A stretch of 64,000 bases of DNA, taken from assembly GCF_006345805.1 (NCBI RefSeq), contig NC_043021.1, forward strand, positions 15,810,001 through 15,874,000. The letters are read 5' to 3'. A program made the position numbers and the translations under genes. Origin of the DNA: Octopus sinensis (lineage: Eukaryota). Below, one piece after another: positions 40,466 through 53,204 of the stretch (the first letter of the stretch is position 1; the number at the start of each line of letters is the position of its first letter). Below the pieces are notes generated by a model. It worked only from the letters and a program-made list of their open reading frames with translations, was not told the DNA's origin and made no database searches.

Positions 40466-40846
40466 CAGAGGTTCTCAACATAGACAGTGTAGCCCCACAA
40501 GGGGGCACTGGGCATGTTGAAGGGGACGTTAGGCTTTAGGAGGCAGTGGGGGTGGCAATGAGGAAACATAATTAACATACTAAACTTTAGTAATGTTAGT
40601 AATTATATTATACATGATAAAACTAGTAATATTTATTAAAATAAAACGAGATCTCATCAGGTACAGAAAAGTCATTAACTTGCAATGTATAATGTAAATT
40701 TACAACTTTTGGTTTTATTTTTGTATCATTTCACTGTTAAAAGCTTACACGATTCAATTTTGGAGTAAAAATTATAAATTACCATCCATGTTGAGTTCAT
40801 TTAGCCGCGATACTTCACTCGCCACTTGTTTTATTATTATTATTAT

Positions 40847-40884
<38 letters not shown>

Positions 40885-40978
40885 TTATTATGGCCGGGTT
40901 CCAGCCGCTTAGGTGGGCGCTAGGCACAACAACTACTTAAAAAGGGAGCGCTGCAAAAAAAAAAGTCAAGAACCACTG
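40466..40978. mobile_element. hAT (Charlie-like) non-autonomous element
   Basis: CAGAGGTTCTCAAC / GTCAAGAACCACTG termini; TSD degenerate. Confidence 0.6.
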
Positions 40979-41321
40979 CTCTAAGACTTGGTCTGTGAGT
41001 TTATTTGGAACATCTCTTATTCATTAGACTTCGTTCTATTTTGTACTAAATACTAGAATGAAGAATAAGCATTACTGCTTAGTCTGTTAGTAAATTACAT
41101 ATAACAGAATAGTCAAAAATGTGTCAAAATTCAAACCAGTCTGAGTTAGTTATAAACAACGGTAGCTAGCTAACTTTCGGGATAGTTGTCACGCATAAAT
41201 CGGAATTTTTTGAGGAAGGTGGGGTTTCGGGATTTTTCTAATTTTTTTTTTCTTTTTCGTATCACACATTTTAAAACACTGAAAGACAAGAAAAAATGGC
41301 ATAGTTTCGGTTGTAGTAGCA

Positions 41322-41727
41322 CAGATTTCCGTCGATTTCCGTAAAAAACTTTTATTTTTTTACATAAGTAATGAGAGCGAAAGAGACTAAGAGGAAGCGA
41401 TTTTACGACGAGAAGGTTTCACTTTGAAGTCGGCCTGTGTGCGTTTGATGGGGTGTGGGAGACAGACAGTATGTTGTGTAAGTGAAGTGCTTCTGTTAGT
41501 GTGTGCGAAGAGACAGAGAGAGTAATGTGTGAAAGAGAGAGATAACTGATTTTTTACTCGGTGTATGTGTATATGTATGTATGCATGTATGTGTGTGTGT
41601 GTGTATGTATCTATGTATGTGTGTGTGTTTATGTATGTATGTATGTATGTATGGCCGATTCATCGTAATTTTTTACTCGGTGTATGTGAATATGTATGTC
41701 TGCATGTATGTGTGTGTGTGTAAGTAC

Positions 41728-41759
<32 letters not shown>

Positions 41760-42149
41760 ATGTATGGCCGATTCAGTGTTTACATTATTTCGAATTAAAA
41801 CGAAAGATTACCTTGCGGCGCCTGTTTATGTAACATACTTACACACACACATACATAGATACATACACACACACACACACATACATGCATACATACATAT
41901 ACACATACACCGAGTAAAAAATCAGTTATCTCTCTCTTTCACACATTACTCTCTCTGTCTCTTCGCACACACTAACAGAAGCACTTCACTTACACAACAT
42001 ACTGTCTGTCTCCCACACCCCATCAAACGCACACAGGCCGACTTCAAAGTGAAACCTTCTCGTCGTAAAATCGCTTCCTCTTAGTCTCTTTCGCTCTCAT
42101 TACTTATGTAAAAAAATAAAAATTTTTTACGGAAATCGACGGAAATCTG
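41322..42149. mobile_element. Fold-back element with ~280-bp inverted arms
   Basis: CAGATTTCCGTCGATTTCCGTAAAAAA...GAAGTCGGCCTGTGTGCG arm (41322-~41600) is mirrored almost perfectly at ~41860-42149. Confidence 0.8.
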
Positions 42150-43080
42150 ATCTACGACATACGAAACTTCGCCGAAAAAATTGTTTAAATCCATGTTTTT
42201 CAAATGTCTTTTTCGCCTCCCACTCCACACTATTGTCCAGAATGCATTCTGGACAATGGCCACCACTATTTTTTTGTTTTGTTTTTTCGTATTTTCGTTA
42301 TGTTGATAATATTCCAATATCCGAAACATTTGTAACGCGCATTTTTGGAGAAAAAAACTTCACTCTCGAAATTAAAATGAATTTTTTCCATTATTTTATA
42401 GTATTCCACACTCTAAAATACTTCTGATAGACTTATAGTTTGCATTAATTTTTTTTTAAGAAAAATCGATGTTTTTTCAAATTTTATAACCTCACTCCCC
42501 CATAAATTATTTTTAAAGGCTTCTCTCCACCCACTGTTTTGACATGTATGATACTAAAAAAAAAATCAGTAAAACCCTGAAAAAAAATAAATAAACGGAG
42601 AAAGTTCGTCCAGTAGCTTTAAAAACAATTTCACGGTGCTGACATAAGTCAAACTAGAAACAATGTCGTCCTGTATTGATCCCTCTCTTTCCGCCCATGG
42701 TGAGGCTGTATAATAAACATGGCAGACGTTAACGTCTGTCTCGTGTGTCTAGCAAATTTAGACATATTCCTTTGTAAATTCTGGTATGAAAAATAAACAG
42801 TGTTTGCACACCAGTAATTTCATAACAGAACAGACAAAAACGTATGTTAGGTCTAGTTATAAGTGGAACAAGAGTAGCATTGAATACAATTTCACAGAGG
42901 CTGTAAAATTTAGGGGATTTGATGGTTGAAGAAAGGCAAATCAGAAGCAGTGCTGTCTCTTCGATAGAAACACTGTTGTCCTGTGATGCTCGTTCTCTTT
43001 CCGCCATGGTGATGTTTTATAAATAAACATGACAGACGTTTACACCTTTCTCTGCGACTAGTAAATTTAATTAAATTTAT

Positions 43081-43454
43081 GGGTGCTTTTTGATTGTCTC
43101 ACCCTATTAAAAAATTGGGTTATCTCTCCCCGTTTTATGAAAAATATCGGTACTTTTGATTATCTCCCTTAACTAAAAAAATTGTTTAACCCTTAATAAA
43201 ACAAAATCAAAACTGAAAAAATTAAACATGGAAACTGAAACAATTAAACACCTTATTAAATCTAATCACATTTTATAACAAAATACCATGCCTACTGAGG
43301 AGGCCAAAAGTCAACAACGTGTTGAAGTATTGAATCAAAAGGATCTAACCCTTTTAATCCAATATCTTGTCACAAAAACTCAACTTTTTAGTGAGGAGAT
43401 AACCCACTTTTAATGGCAATTTTTTAATGGGGGTGAGATAACCAAAAAGTACCA
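43081..43454. mobile_element. MITE with imperfect ~35-bp TIRs
   Basis: GGTGCTTTTTGATTGTCTCACCCTATTAAAAAATTG / CAATTTTTTAATGGGGGTGAGATAACCAAAAAGTACC. Confidence 0.6.
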
Positions 43455-44229
43455 ATCTATGACGCATTGGCTAGAATTTTTAGGTATATCCCATAATAAA
43501 CTCTAGTCTAGTTTTCTTTATCGAGTGCTTTGATTTTGGAGGAGAATTTAGTTTTTCTTCGAAGTCAGGATTTCGCCACTGACGTTTCATACTCGTGCAG
43601 TCCGTACTGCAAATATAGACATGTGTTGGTTCCACCTTAACGGGCAGTCTTCCTGGTCATTTATACTTCAGCGTGCAGTCCATCTGCACATTTGCACTTC
43701 GTTATGCAGTCTACCACCAATACAAGATTTTTACAAGAGGATGATAAAAACAAGTTGAATAATGATTTATTAAGACATACATAACTGATACAAGCAATTT
43801 AAAGTTTAATCCTTTAAAGGTATACGCTTCCTTAAAGGTATACGGGAAAGCGGCGAGCTGGAAGAAACGTTAGCACGCCGGGCGAAATGTGTAGCCGTAT
43901 TTCGTCTGCCGTTACGTTCTGAGCTCAAATTCCGCCGAGGTCGACTTTGCCTTTCATCCTTTTGGGGTCGATAAATTAAGTACCAGTTACGCACTGGGGT
44001 CGATGTAATCGACTTAATCCGTTTGTTCTTGTTTGTTCTTGTTTGTTCTCGCTATGTTTAGCCCCTTGTGGGTAGTAAAGAAATAGGTATACGCTTCACA
44101 TATCACTTAAGAATGCTACAAAAAAAATCTGACGCATCTTTTCTTAATACTTTCCAGCAAATCTGATCAAGGTGCGATCAGAAAAGCTTATACTAAAGCC
44201 TCTCATTATTTTACAAAATTCTTTGTTTT

Positions 44230-44780
44230 ATCGATCAACCATCATTGTGTGCTGCTTTCATTGGATCCACATAACGTTCTTGTCGGTTCAACAAAAAAAA
44301 TGGTAATGATCCGTAGCATTTAGATTAACATATGCAAGACATTCATCCGAAAGAATAACCGAACATTTTTCACATTCTCGCTCAGTGATTAGTAACAGAA
44401 AGTTTCTATCATCCTGTTCAATAAAAAAAAACATCGACAGAGTGTTTGAAACTAAAAATCCCGAAGACCATCAATTCTACATCCATGGCTCCCGTTGTTT
44501 TCTTCATCCGTGTCATTGTCTTCAGAGAGGAGAGTATTGTCACTATTTACCATTCTACTATGATTGCATTTCCGTCGACCAGCAAATCTTGATTCGTCAG
44601 TTTGAATAAGATTTTCGTTTGTTCCAACCATCTTACTTTGTTGGCGATGAGAAACGATGGTTCCCCATATTATACCACTTAGTTATCATACCGGAAAACT
44701 TGTCTGTGAGAGTCATAGCTGCATTTACGGATATTTCCATCACAAGAAAGAACACCAGTTTTAAAATTTCGCACGAACTC
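44230..44780 (-). pseudogene. Possible Tc1/mariner transposase remnant
   Basis: Minus strand reads VILSDE near 44340-44360 in a heavily disrupted frame. Confidence 0.3.
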
Positions 44781-45037
44781 TGAATGCAATTTTAATGAAT
44801 AGGCACTAAAAAAACATCTGACTTTTTATAACAACGGTAATATAATACCTCGTAATGCAATAATAGACAGCATTCAGAAGACTTAATAGAACATAGTAAA
44901 TAAGAGGAATTGATGATAGCATTAAATCAAGGCTTGCTTGACATTCAGAGGTATGGTATAACAGTGTCCTACGTGAACAAAAGAAAAGGTCAAGCCACTC
45001 GTTATAGGGTCACAATTCCAGGTGTATACAGCACAAA

Positions 45038-45426
45038 TCTCTCTATATATAAAGCTGAAGTTGTCTGTGTGTGTGTGTGGCAGGTTTGGTAGCCTTCAAC
45101 TAACACTATCTCCTCCGAGTCCCTGCGGCGCAAGTTGACCAAAATTGAGAGTATGATAGAAGAAGGCTTGCTCTTCCTTTCGCAGAAGAAAAAATTCAAA
45201 TCGGACCATGTTAACACCAAAAATTATTTACATCAAAAAGGTGCTTTTTTTTCATGAAAATCCCTATTTTTTACGATTTTTTGACTGCTATGTCACCATT
45301 TTTCGGTGTATTTCAACCAGAAAAATGTCCACTTAAAGAGAATAACAAACTAACATAATGCAAAATTTTTACTTTTCAAAAATTCCAATTCTAAAGGGTC
45401 GAAACAAACCCGAGCAATACTGCTAG
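45038..45426 (+). mobile_element. Non-autonomous Helitron-like element (second copy at ~47089-47474)
   Basis: A|TCTCTCTATATATAAAG...CTAG|T; the body is nearly identical to the 47.1-47.5 kb copy. Confidence 0.8.
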
Positions 45427-46259
45427 TAAAATGTAACACTTACTGTATATTGTAAAATGTGGACAGGATAAATGTTCGAACAGTCCATAAATAGTTATTT
45501 AGCTCTAGAATGTTTCTTTCTTCGATGTTGACCACATGGTAGAGTTGAGCTCCGACAGAGACATGACAAATCACGTCTGTCTTGGAGGATTGGCAGGGAA
45601 TGCCAGAAAACTTTCACTGCGACTTAGTCACAGGTGGTGACGTGTACCTATGCGCGATGCACCAACCAAATCACGCATAGCTGGATAACATTTCCGCCAA
45701 AGAGAATTAGTACTCCTACACAGTGTAATTTATTGATGGTGATGTCCGTAATAATGAAAAAAAATGTGTTTCCTTTCCGAAGAGAACGTGAAGTTTGCTT
45801 CCCCTTTCACGGACAATGAAGTACAGGCCTATATTACCACCTGTCATGCTTTCGCTTTTCTTGCGTGACACTGTCACATTGATGGCAAGGGCCTTGCTTC
45901 TTGTACTGTACCCAGAAATGTATTTTTCTATAAAAATGCAACTGTTGTTTCCTCTGACGTAATAACACGTCTATAGAAATCTTTGAATAGCATAAATAGA
46001 GTATAAAATGCGCCAAAGCAGTAACCATTTTTGGTCTAAGCGCTGCATATCTTATATCTAGAAATGGATTCATTGTATTGTCAAACATTTTAGTTGTACA
46101 ATACCGAATGTTGAATTTTAGTACAGAGTTATTTCCTATGTCTTCCCTAAATTTTATCTCTCACTTTCCCCATTTTTTTAAAAATCTCTCCATCTCTCTT
46201 CTTTTCTCAATCACACATGCTTGAACGCGCTAACAACTCCATTTATTTTTTTATCACAG

Positions 46260-46573
46260 CCAACTACAAAGCCATGAACTACCAATACGAAAGACCCTTC
46301 CAACCTACCAGCCGCTTGCACGATGCGTTCGTCTCCATTAGCGGGGAGGTAATGCCTAAAGAAACCTCAGTCCCAATGCCTACTATGCAGTTCTTCACGG
46401 GGTCGTCAAATTTAAGTTTGGTCAACGATGTTGGATTCCAGAAACCCAGATGGGGTCAGTTTAATCCAGACCACTATGGGGACCCATATCAACACTTACA
46501 CCTGCCTCCCCTAAAGTTGGGTGGAAAACCTTACCATCGCAATGAATATATCTCTTACACCGGGGCACACTAG
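46260..46573 (+). CDS. Orphan gene B, terminal coding exon
   Basis: ttttatcacag| phase 1, (A)NYKAMNYQYERPFQP...HLPPLKLGGKPYHRNEYISYTGAH*; AATAAA at 46687-46692. Confidence 0.75.
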
Positions 46574-47475
46574 GTTCTTCACTTCGTTTTAGCCTCTACA
46601 GCTACGGCCATACTGAAGCGCTACTTTCAAGATGTGTTTGTGATTGTTAAATATACATACAGAAGTTTTCAAATTTAACCGTTCGCAATAAATTTCATTT
46701 CATGTAAAACTTCAAAAGTAAACAAGATTTTTGGAAGCGTCGTCTTCTGTTTTTTTTTATTGGTTTTAGTCACCGTATTGCGGCCATGCTGGAGCACTGC
46801 CAGCAATAGTTTTAGTTGGTCGTATCAACTTCCCAGGTTCTTCTTTCAGTGTGAAACATGTTCAGTCGATCTTTATTAGTTGAACAGCTACAATGAGGGA
46901 CATCAAAAGACAAAACATTAGCAACACTGGCTATAAATTGACGTAAACGTAAGCACACGCATGTGTATATATATATATATATAACATGTACGTTTGCGTA
47001 TATATACATATATATATATAACTATGTATATATACACATATCAGTATATATATATATGTTTGTATGAATATATATATATATATATTAATATATAAAGCTG
47101 AAGTTGTCTGCGTATGGCAGGTTTGGTAGCCTTCAACTAACACTATCTCCTCCGAGTCCCTGCGGCGCAAGTTGACCAAAATTGAGAGTATGATAGAAGA
47201 AGGCTTGCTCTTCCTTTCGCAGAAGAAAAAATTCAAATCGGACCATGTTAACACCAAAAATTATTTACATCAAAAAGGTGCTTTTTTTAAAATGAAAAAC
47301 CATATTTGTTAACGATTTTTTGACTGCTGTATCGCCATTTTTCGGTGTATTTCAACCAGAAAAATGTTCACTTAAAGAGAATAACAAGCTTCATAATGCA
47401 AAATTTTTACTTTTCAAAAATTCCAATTCTAAAGGGTCAAAACAAACCCAAGCAACACCGAGCGATACTGCTACA

Positions 47476-47529
<54 letters not shown>

Positions 47530-48468
47530 ATATGTGTGTGTGTCGTATATATATGAGTTAAAGAATGGAGTAGATAAGATCCGAGCTACATGTTTTATAG
47601 CGAGCGGAACCTTGGAAGTGGTAAATACCCAAGTGAGGTATATACCGCTGGCTACTCGTCAAGCCAAGAGCGTCTTGTTTAAATGAAAGTTTACATTGTC
47701 GCAAAGAGGAACACGACACGGAAGATTCGATCCACAGTGTTCCACTTCAATAAACCATTCTTGTTCCTGAAAGTTGTTTTTTAATATTTACTACAGATTG
47801 CTTGAAGCTTACTTTCTTTGTACACTTCATCCTTGGATCTTACATATATATATTATATATATCACGTGGACGACCAGACTATCAGTTGTTGTTACACATC
47901 ACTACTCACAATGCGCTTTGCATTGTTTTAGCCGTTGAACAACGCCGTTCCAGCAGGCCCACATGCCCACCCTCCCTGATTGAGAAGTGGACTGGAGCAA
48001 TTTGAAATGGATACTTCACTCAAAATGCAACGTGCTGCATAGTCTGAGAACCAAACCCACAATCTAGCAATTGTGAGTACAGTACCCTAACCACTAGGCC
48101 ACTCTGTGTGTGTGTGTGTATATATATATTTACAAGTGAAGGCGCGTGGCTTAGTAGTTAAAGTAACTGGCTTATGATAGTAAGGTCCTGCGTTCGATTC
48201 CCGGCAGTGTATTGTATCCTTGAGCAAGATGCTTTATTTCACATTGCTCCAGTCCACTCAGCTGGCAAAAATTAGTAGTACCTGTACTTCAAAGGGCCAA
48301 CCTTATCACATTCAGTGTCACATTGAATCTCCCTGAGAACTATGTTAAGGGTACACATGCCTGTGGAGTGCTCAGCCACTTGCATGCTAATTTCACAAGC
48401 AGGCTGTTCGGTTGATCAGATCAACTGGAACTCTCGTCGTCATAACGATCAGAACCAGTAATATATAT

Positions 48469-48605
48469 AAAATTATAATTTAGGGTAGCTAAGAGATACC
48501 ACCACGCTGGAAATAGCAGCCAAATCTTGACTCTGGTTTTAGAGTCAAGTTTTGGCTGCTATTTCCAGCGTGGTGGTATCTCTTAGATACCCTAAATTAT
48601 AATTT
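48469..48605. repeat. Short palindromic element
   Basis: AAATTATAATTTAGGGTAGCTAAGAGATACCACCACGCTGG mirrored about 48537. Confidence 0.75.
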
Positions 48606-48805
48606 TAATAATAATCATTACCTTTGAAGGTGTTTATTCCCATGCTGGCCACTTGATAAGATCGATATTTAAATAACAATCTTATCCTTATTGATATAAA
48701 TGTATATATACTTTATTTAAAGCAGCAGAAAATTTAACAAAACCTGTTACTCTGAGTTTCATGTTGCCGTTTGTCAGACAGTTTTTGCTAGAATTCTAGC
48801 AAAAA

Positions 48806-48843
48806 CTGTCCGACGAATGGCAACGTGAAACTCAGAGTAACAG
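48806..48843 (+). ncRNA. Hammerhead-like motif copy (CCGACGA core)
   Basis: CTGT-CCGACGA-ATGGCAACGT-GAAA-CTCAGA-GTA-ACAG. Confidence 0.55.
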
Positions 48844-49333
48844 GTTTTGTTGAATTTTCTGCTGCTTTAAATAAAGCATATTACTCTACCACTGGTATTT
48901 GAGTACTCTTTTTTCCACCTTGTTTCACATTTATGTGTTACTCCGGTGTAAATGTATATACATATATATATATATATACTTTATTTAAAGCAGCAGAAAA
49001 TTCAACAAAACCTGTTACTCTGAGTTTCATGTTGCCGTTTGTCAGACAGTTTTTGCTAGAATTCTAGCAAAAACTGTCGACGAATGGCAACGTGAAACTC
49101 AGAGAAACAGGTTTTGTTGAATTTTCTGCTGCTTTAAATAAAGCATATTACTCTACCACTGGTATTTGAGTACTCTTTTTTCCACCTTGTTTCACATTTA
49201 TGTGTTTACTCCGGTGTAAATGTATATACATATATATATATATATATACTTTATTTAAAGCAGCAGAAAATTCAACAAAACTGTTACTCTGAGTTTCCCG
49301 TTGCCATTCATTGGACAGTTTTTGCTAGAAAAA

Positions 49334-49371
49334 CTGTCCGATGAACGGCAACGTGAAACTCAGAGTAACAG
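49334..49371 (+). ncRNA. Minimal type I hammerhead-like motif (C4 variant) in a palindromic element
   Basis: CUGU-CCGAUGA-ACG(GCAA)CGU-GAAA-CUCAGA-GUA-ACAG; near-palindromic stem III ACUCAGAGU. Confidence 0.65.
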
Positions 49372-49403
49372 GTTTTGTTGAATTTTCTGCTGCTTTAAAT
49401 AAA

Positions 49404-49453
<50 letters not shown>

Positions 49454-51088
49454 TTTATTTAAAGCAGCAGAAAATTCAACAAAACTGTTACTCTGAGTTT
49501 CACGTTGCCGTTTGTCAGACAGATATATATACACATACCATCTACATACATATTTGTCAACAGGATGTTACACAGGAGTAACATGAAATGAAACACCTTT
49601 CCCAAGAGGGAAATGTACCACCTGATCTGGGAATCAAGCCAATGATTTAACCATTGAGCTTCACACCTTTGCTAAGGACACTGTATGCATGTGTGTGCAG
49701 CAGGAATCTTCATCAGTCAGATCCACTACACCTGACGTTGCAATTTGCTATAATATGAACCCACGTGATAAAAAAAAAATTCTAACCAATCACGACTTTG
49801 CATGAAAAAGGCTCCAGCAACAATTTCATCTTTTGACTTACTTCCTTCTGAGCCACCAGTAGAAATTCTACACAGCTTGGCTACTTGACAAAGAGCATGA
49901 AGAGAGCATTGGGAGACAGCATAGAGAGAGAGCACTGACTGATAGACATCATAGGAGATGACCAACAGAGACAGGGAACAGCAGCTGACAACACAAAGAC
50001 AATGGAACAGTCAGTAGCACAGCAAGTGGACAACCACACTTTAATTGCTACTACAATTACACCCAGAACAATAACATTCAAACCCTCTCAATATTTTCAT
50101 AGTAACCACAGTATGTTTTTTTTATGAATGAAAAGAATAAAATTTTGTTTATCAAAAATCAGTGTTGTTCATCTTTGTTACTTCACATTATCTTTCTTTA
50201 ATTAAAATCTTTTACTTTTTACTTGTTTCAGGCTGTGGCCATGCTGGGGCACTGCCATGAATTTTTAGCCAAATGAATTGATCCCAGACTTTTTTTTAAA
50301 ACTTGGTATTTATTCTATTGAACACTTTTACCGAACTGCTAAGTTACAGGGATGTCAACACACCAACACCAGTTACAAAAACCGTGTAAAGTAATCCTGA
50401 TAGACTTTCGAATAAATAAATATATAAATAGATAGATAGACTGATAGATAGATAGATAGAAAAGTTGTGTGTGTGACATACTATTTCTAAAGTAGCGATG
50501 TGATGATCACAGCTGTTACACTTTTGATCAATGTCTGCTGGATCGAGTCTGATTTGACAAAACTAAACACCATCAATTACAACTGCTTCCATCACCACAA
50601 ATAACAAAAGAGAGAGAGAGATGTGTTGCTACATGACATGGTATTAACCCTTTCATTACTGTATTTATTTTGAGATGATCTGTGTTTCTTTCAATCATTT
50701 TAAATATAACAAAGAATTTTGTAAAATAACTTAGTTATCATTAAGCTAGTGTTTGGAACAAAAATTGTGACTAAGGCTTGGTGGAAGATTTTAATTCAAA
50801 ACTTATGAAAATAAGACATTTTACCACAGAGCCAGAGCCGGTTTTGGCCGGGTTAGTAACAAAAGGGTTAAGACAAATTGATTGATACGTTCATTAATGA
50901 CTGACCAAAAGTTGGAATTTTCTTTTTGGTTTTTTTTTTCATTGTTTTTTGTTTTGTTTTTATTCAAAAGAAATATATATATTTTTTATTTACTTTAAAA
51001 AAATTTTTTTATTTATTTTTAAATAATTTTTTTTATCAATGTTTTGTGATTTTTTTTCCTGTTTTTCTCTTTTTTTCACAGACTACTT

Positions 51089-51304
51089 TCAGCATCCAGA
51101 AATATCTTTTTGTTTTTTCCGGAAAAACCGTTTATCTGAAGGATCAAATCCATGTTCTTTTGCTCCATAGACAGCCCAGTCTGGGGTCTTGGCCATATAG
51201 TCCTCAGCAGTAAATATCATTTCACTGTTATTCTTTCTGTTCTGTACCAACTCGTGAAATTTCTCATAATCAATCCAAGTCCACCATTCACCATTCACTT
51301 TGAA
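51089..51304 (-). CDS. TYW1: TYW1 terminal coding exon
   Basis: ttttag|FKVNGEWWTWIDYEKFHELV...TPDWAVYGAKEHGFDPSDKRFFRKKQKDISGC*; the ...DISGC C-terminus is typical of animal TYW1. Confidence 0.96.
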   Translation of the reverse strand, partial: FKVNGEWWTWIDYEKFHELVQNRKNNSEMIFTAEDYMAKTPDWAVYGAKEHGFDPSDKRFFRKKQKDISGC

Positions 51305-53036
51305 CTAAAATAAATTTAAATAATAATAATAATAACAATAATCTTTTCTTATTTTGGCGCAAGGCCAACAATTTTGAGGGGAGGGGAATAGTTGATTACA
51401 TCACCCCCCCCCCCCCCAGTGTTAAACTGGTACTTATTTCATCAACCCAAACGGATGAAAGACAAAGCTGACCTCAGCAGAATTTGAGCTCAGAGCAAAG
51501 GCAGAGGAAATGCCAATGAGCATTTTGCCTAGCGTACTAACCAGCTCGTCACCTTTATAATAATGGTTTAAAATTTTGCCACAGGGCAGCGATTTCGGTA
51601 ACGGGGATGAATCGATTACATCAACCCTAGTATTCAACTGGTACTTATTTTTATTGACCCCAAAAATAAGAAAGGTAAAGTCAACCTTGGCAGAATTTGA
51701 ACTCAGAACACAGCATTGGGCGAAATACCGCTCAGCATTTTGTCCAGTGCACTCTGCCAGTTTACTACTTCATGCCACTTTTATAATAATACTAAAAATA
51801 ATAATAATGATAATAATAATAATAATTCTTTCTAGTGGAGGTACAAGATCCGAAATTTGGAGGAAGGGGACTAGTCGATTACATCGACCCCCGTGTTTCG
51901 CTGGTACTTAATTTATCAACCCCAAAAAGGATGTAAGGCACCAACCTTACAATGTCATTCTAAAAATAAACAATGACATCACTGAAATCTCAAAGAGATT
52001 GCATTATTAATTCAAAACAATGTGAATAAATAAAGCAATACTCTTTACTCTTTTACTTGTTTCAGTCATTTGACCCCGGGACTTATTCTTTGTAAGCCCA
52101 GTACTTATTCTATCGGTCTCTTTTGCCGAACCGCTAAGTGACGGGGACGTAAACACACCAGCATCGGTTGTCAAGCAATGCTAGGGGGACAAACACACAT
52201 ACATATATATATATACATCAGAATGGAAATCGATCAATGGAAATTGAAGATGTGTTACCAGTGCCGGTGGCATGTAAGAGAACCTTCCGTTTCGCGACCG
52301 TTGCCAGCACCGCCCCGTTTCGTGTCCGTTGCCAGCCTCGCCTGGCCATTGTGCCGGTGGCACATAAAAAGCACCATCTGTTCGTGGCCGTTTGCCAGCT
52401 CTGTCTGGCACCTGTGCGGGTGGCACGTAAAAAGCACCCACTACACTCACGGAGTGGTTGGCGTTAGGAAGGGCATCCAGCCGTAGAAACACTGCCAGAT
52501 TTGACTGGGCCTGATGAAGCCTTCTGGCTTCACAGACCCCAGTAGAACCGTCCAACCCATGCTAGCATGGAAAACGGACGCTAAACGATGATGATGATGA
52601 TATACCACTACACTCACGGAGTGGTTGGCGTTGGGAAGGGCATCCAGCTGTAGAAACACTGCCAGATCAGACTGGAGCCTGGTGCAGCCTTCTGGCTTCC
52701 CAGATCTCCGGTCGTTAAACGATGATGATGATGATACGACAGGCTTCTTTTCAGTTTCCGTCTACCAAATCCACTCACAAGGCATTGGTCAGCCCGGGGC
52801 TATAGCAGAAGACACTTGCCCAAGATGCCACGCAGTGGGAGTGAATAAATAAAACATTACATTCGTCAAAGTAATCTGAGTGCAAAAGGGTAACAGGAAA
52901 CATACCAGAGCCCGAAATTATGTGAGAGAGACGTCACTTAATCGATTAATACCAGAAGTTATAAGTGAGAATACAGAGTAAGATTTATCAGTAATGACTC
53001 ACAGACAGACAGAGCTGATGTCATGCAAACACTTAC

Positions 53037-53204
53037 CTTTTTGTTAGCAACCAGCAAGCAATTGGAATGCTCATGTTCACAAGCGATCTCATAGTCGGGA
53101 AGGAGGTCAGCAAGCTGCTGTACAAATCCACACACCTCCTCATGCCACGGCACATTTTTCATGGTTAATGTGGAGGCCTTCGATTCACCACAGTAAGTAA
53201 CACC
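53037..53204 (-). CDS. TYW1: TYW1 exon
   Basis: tttcag|GVTYCGESKASTLTMKNVPWHEEV...EIACEHEHSNCLLVANKK|GTAAGT; phase 0-0. Confidence 0.96.

Larger units (their letters stand above)
48709..49520. mobile_element. Tandem array (3 copies plus a partial one, ~269-bp period) of a palindromic hammerhead-bearing element
   Basis: TACTTTATTTAAAGCAGCAG starts at 48709, 48977, 49247 and 49451; each copy is a fold-back around ...TTTTTGCTAG...AAAAA, separated by (TA)n. Confidence 0.85.

Noticed and set aside
43285-43335. CTGAGGAGGCCAAAAG hammerhead-like start
   Set aside because: No GAAA, stem III or matching stem I follows.
21119-46573. Reflectin-like identity for the aromatic-rich orphan proteins
   Set aside because: No Met-rich reflectin repeat motifs are present.
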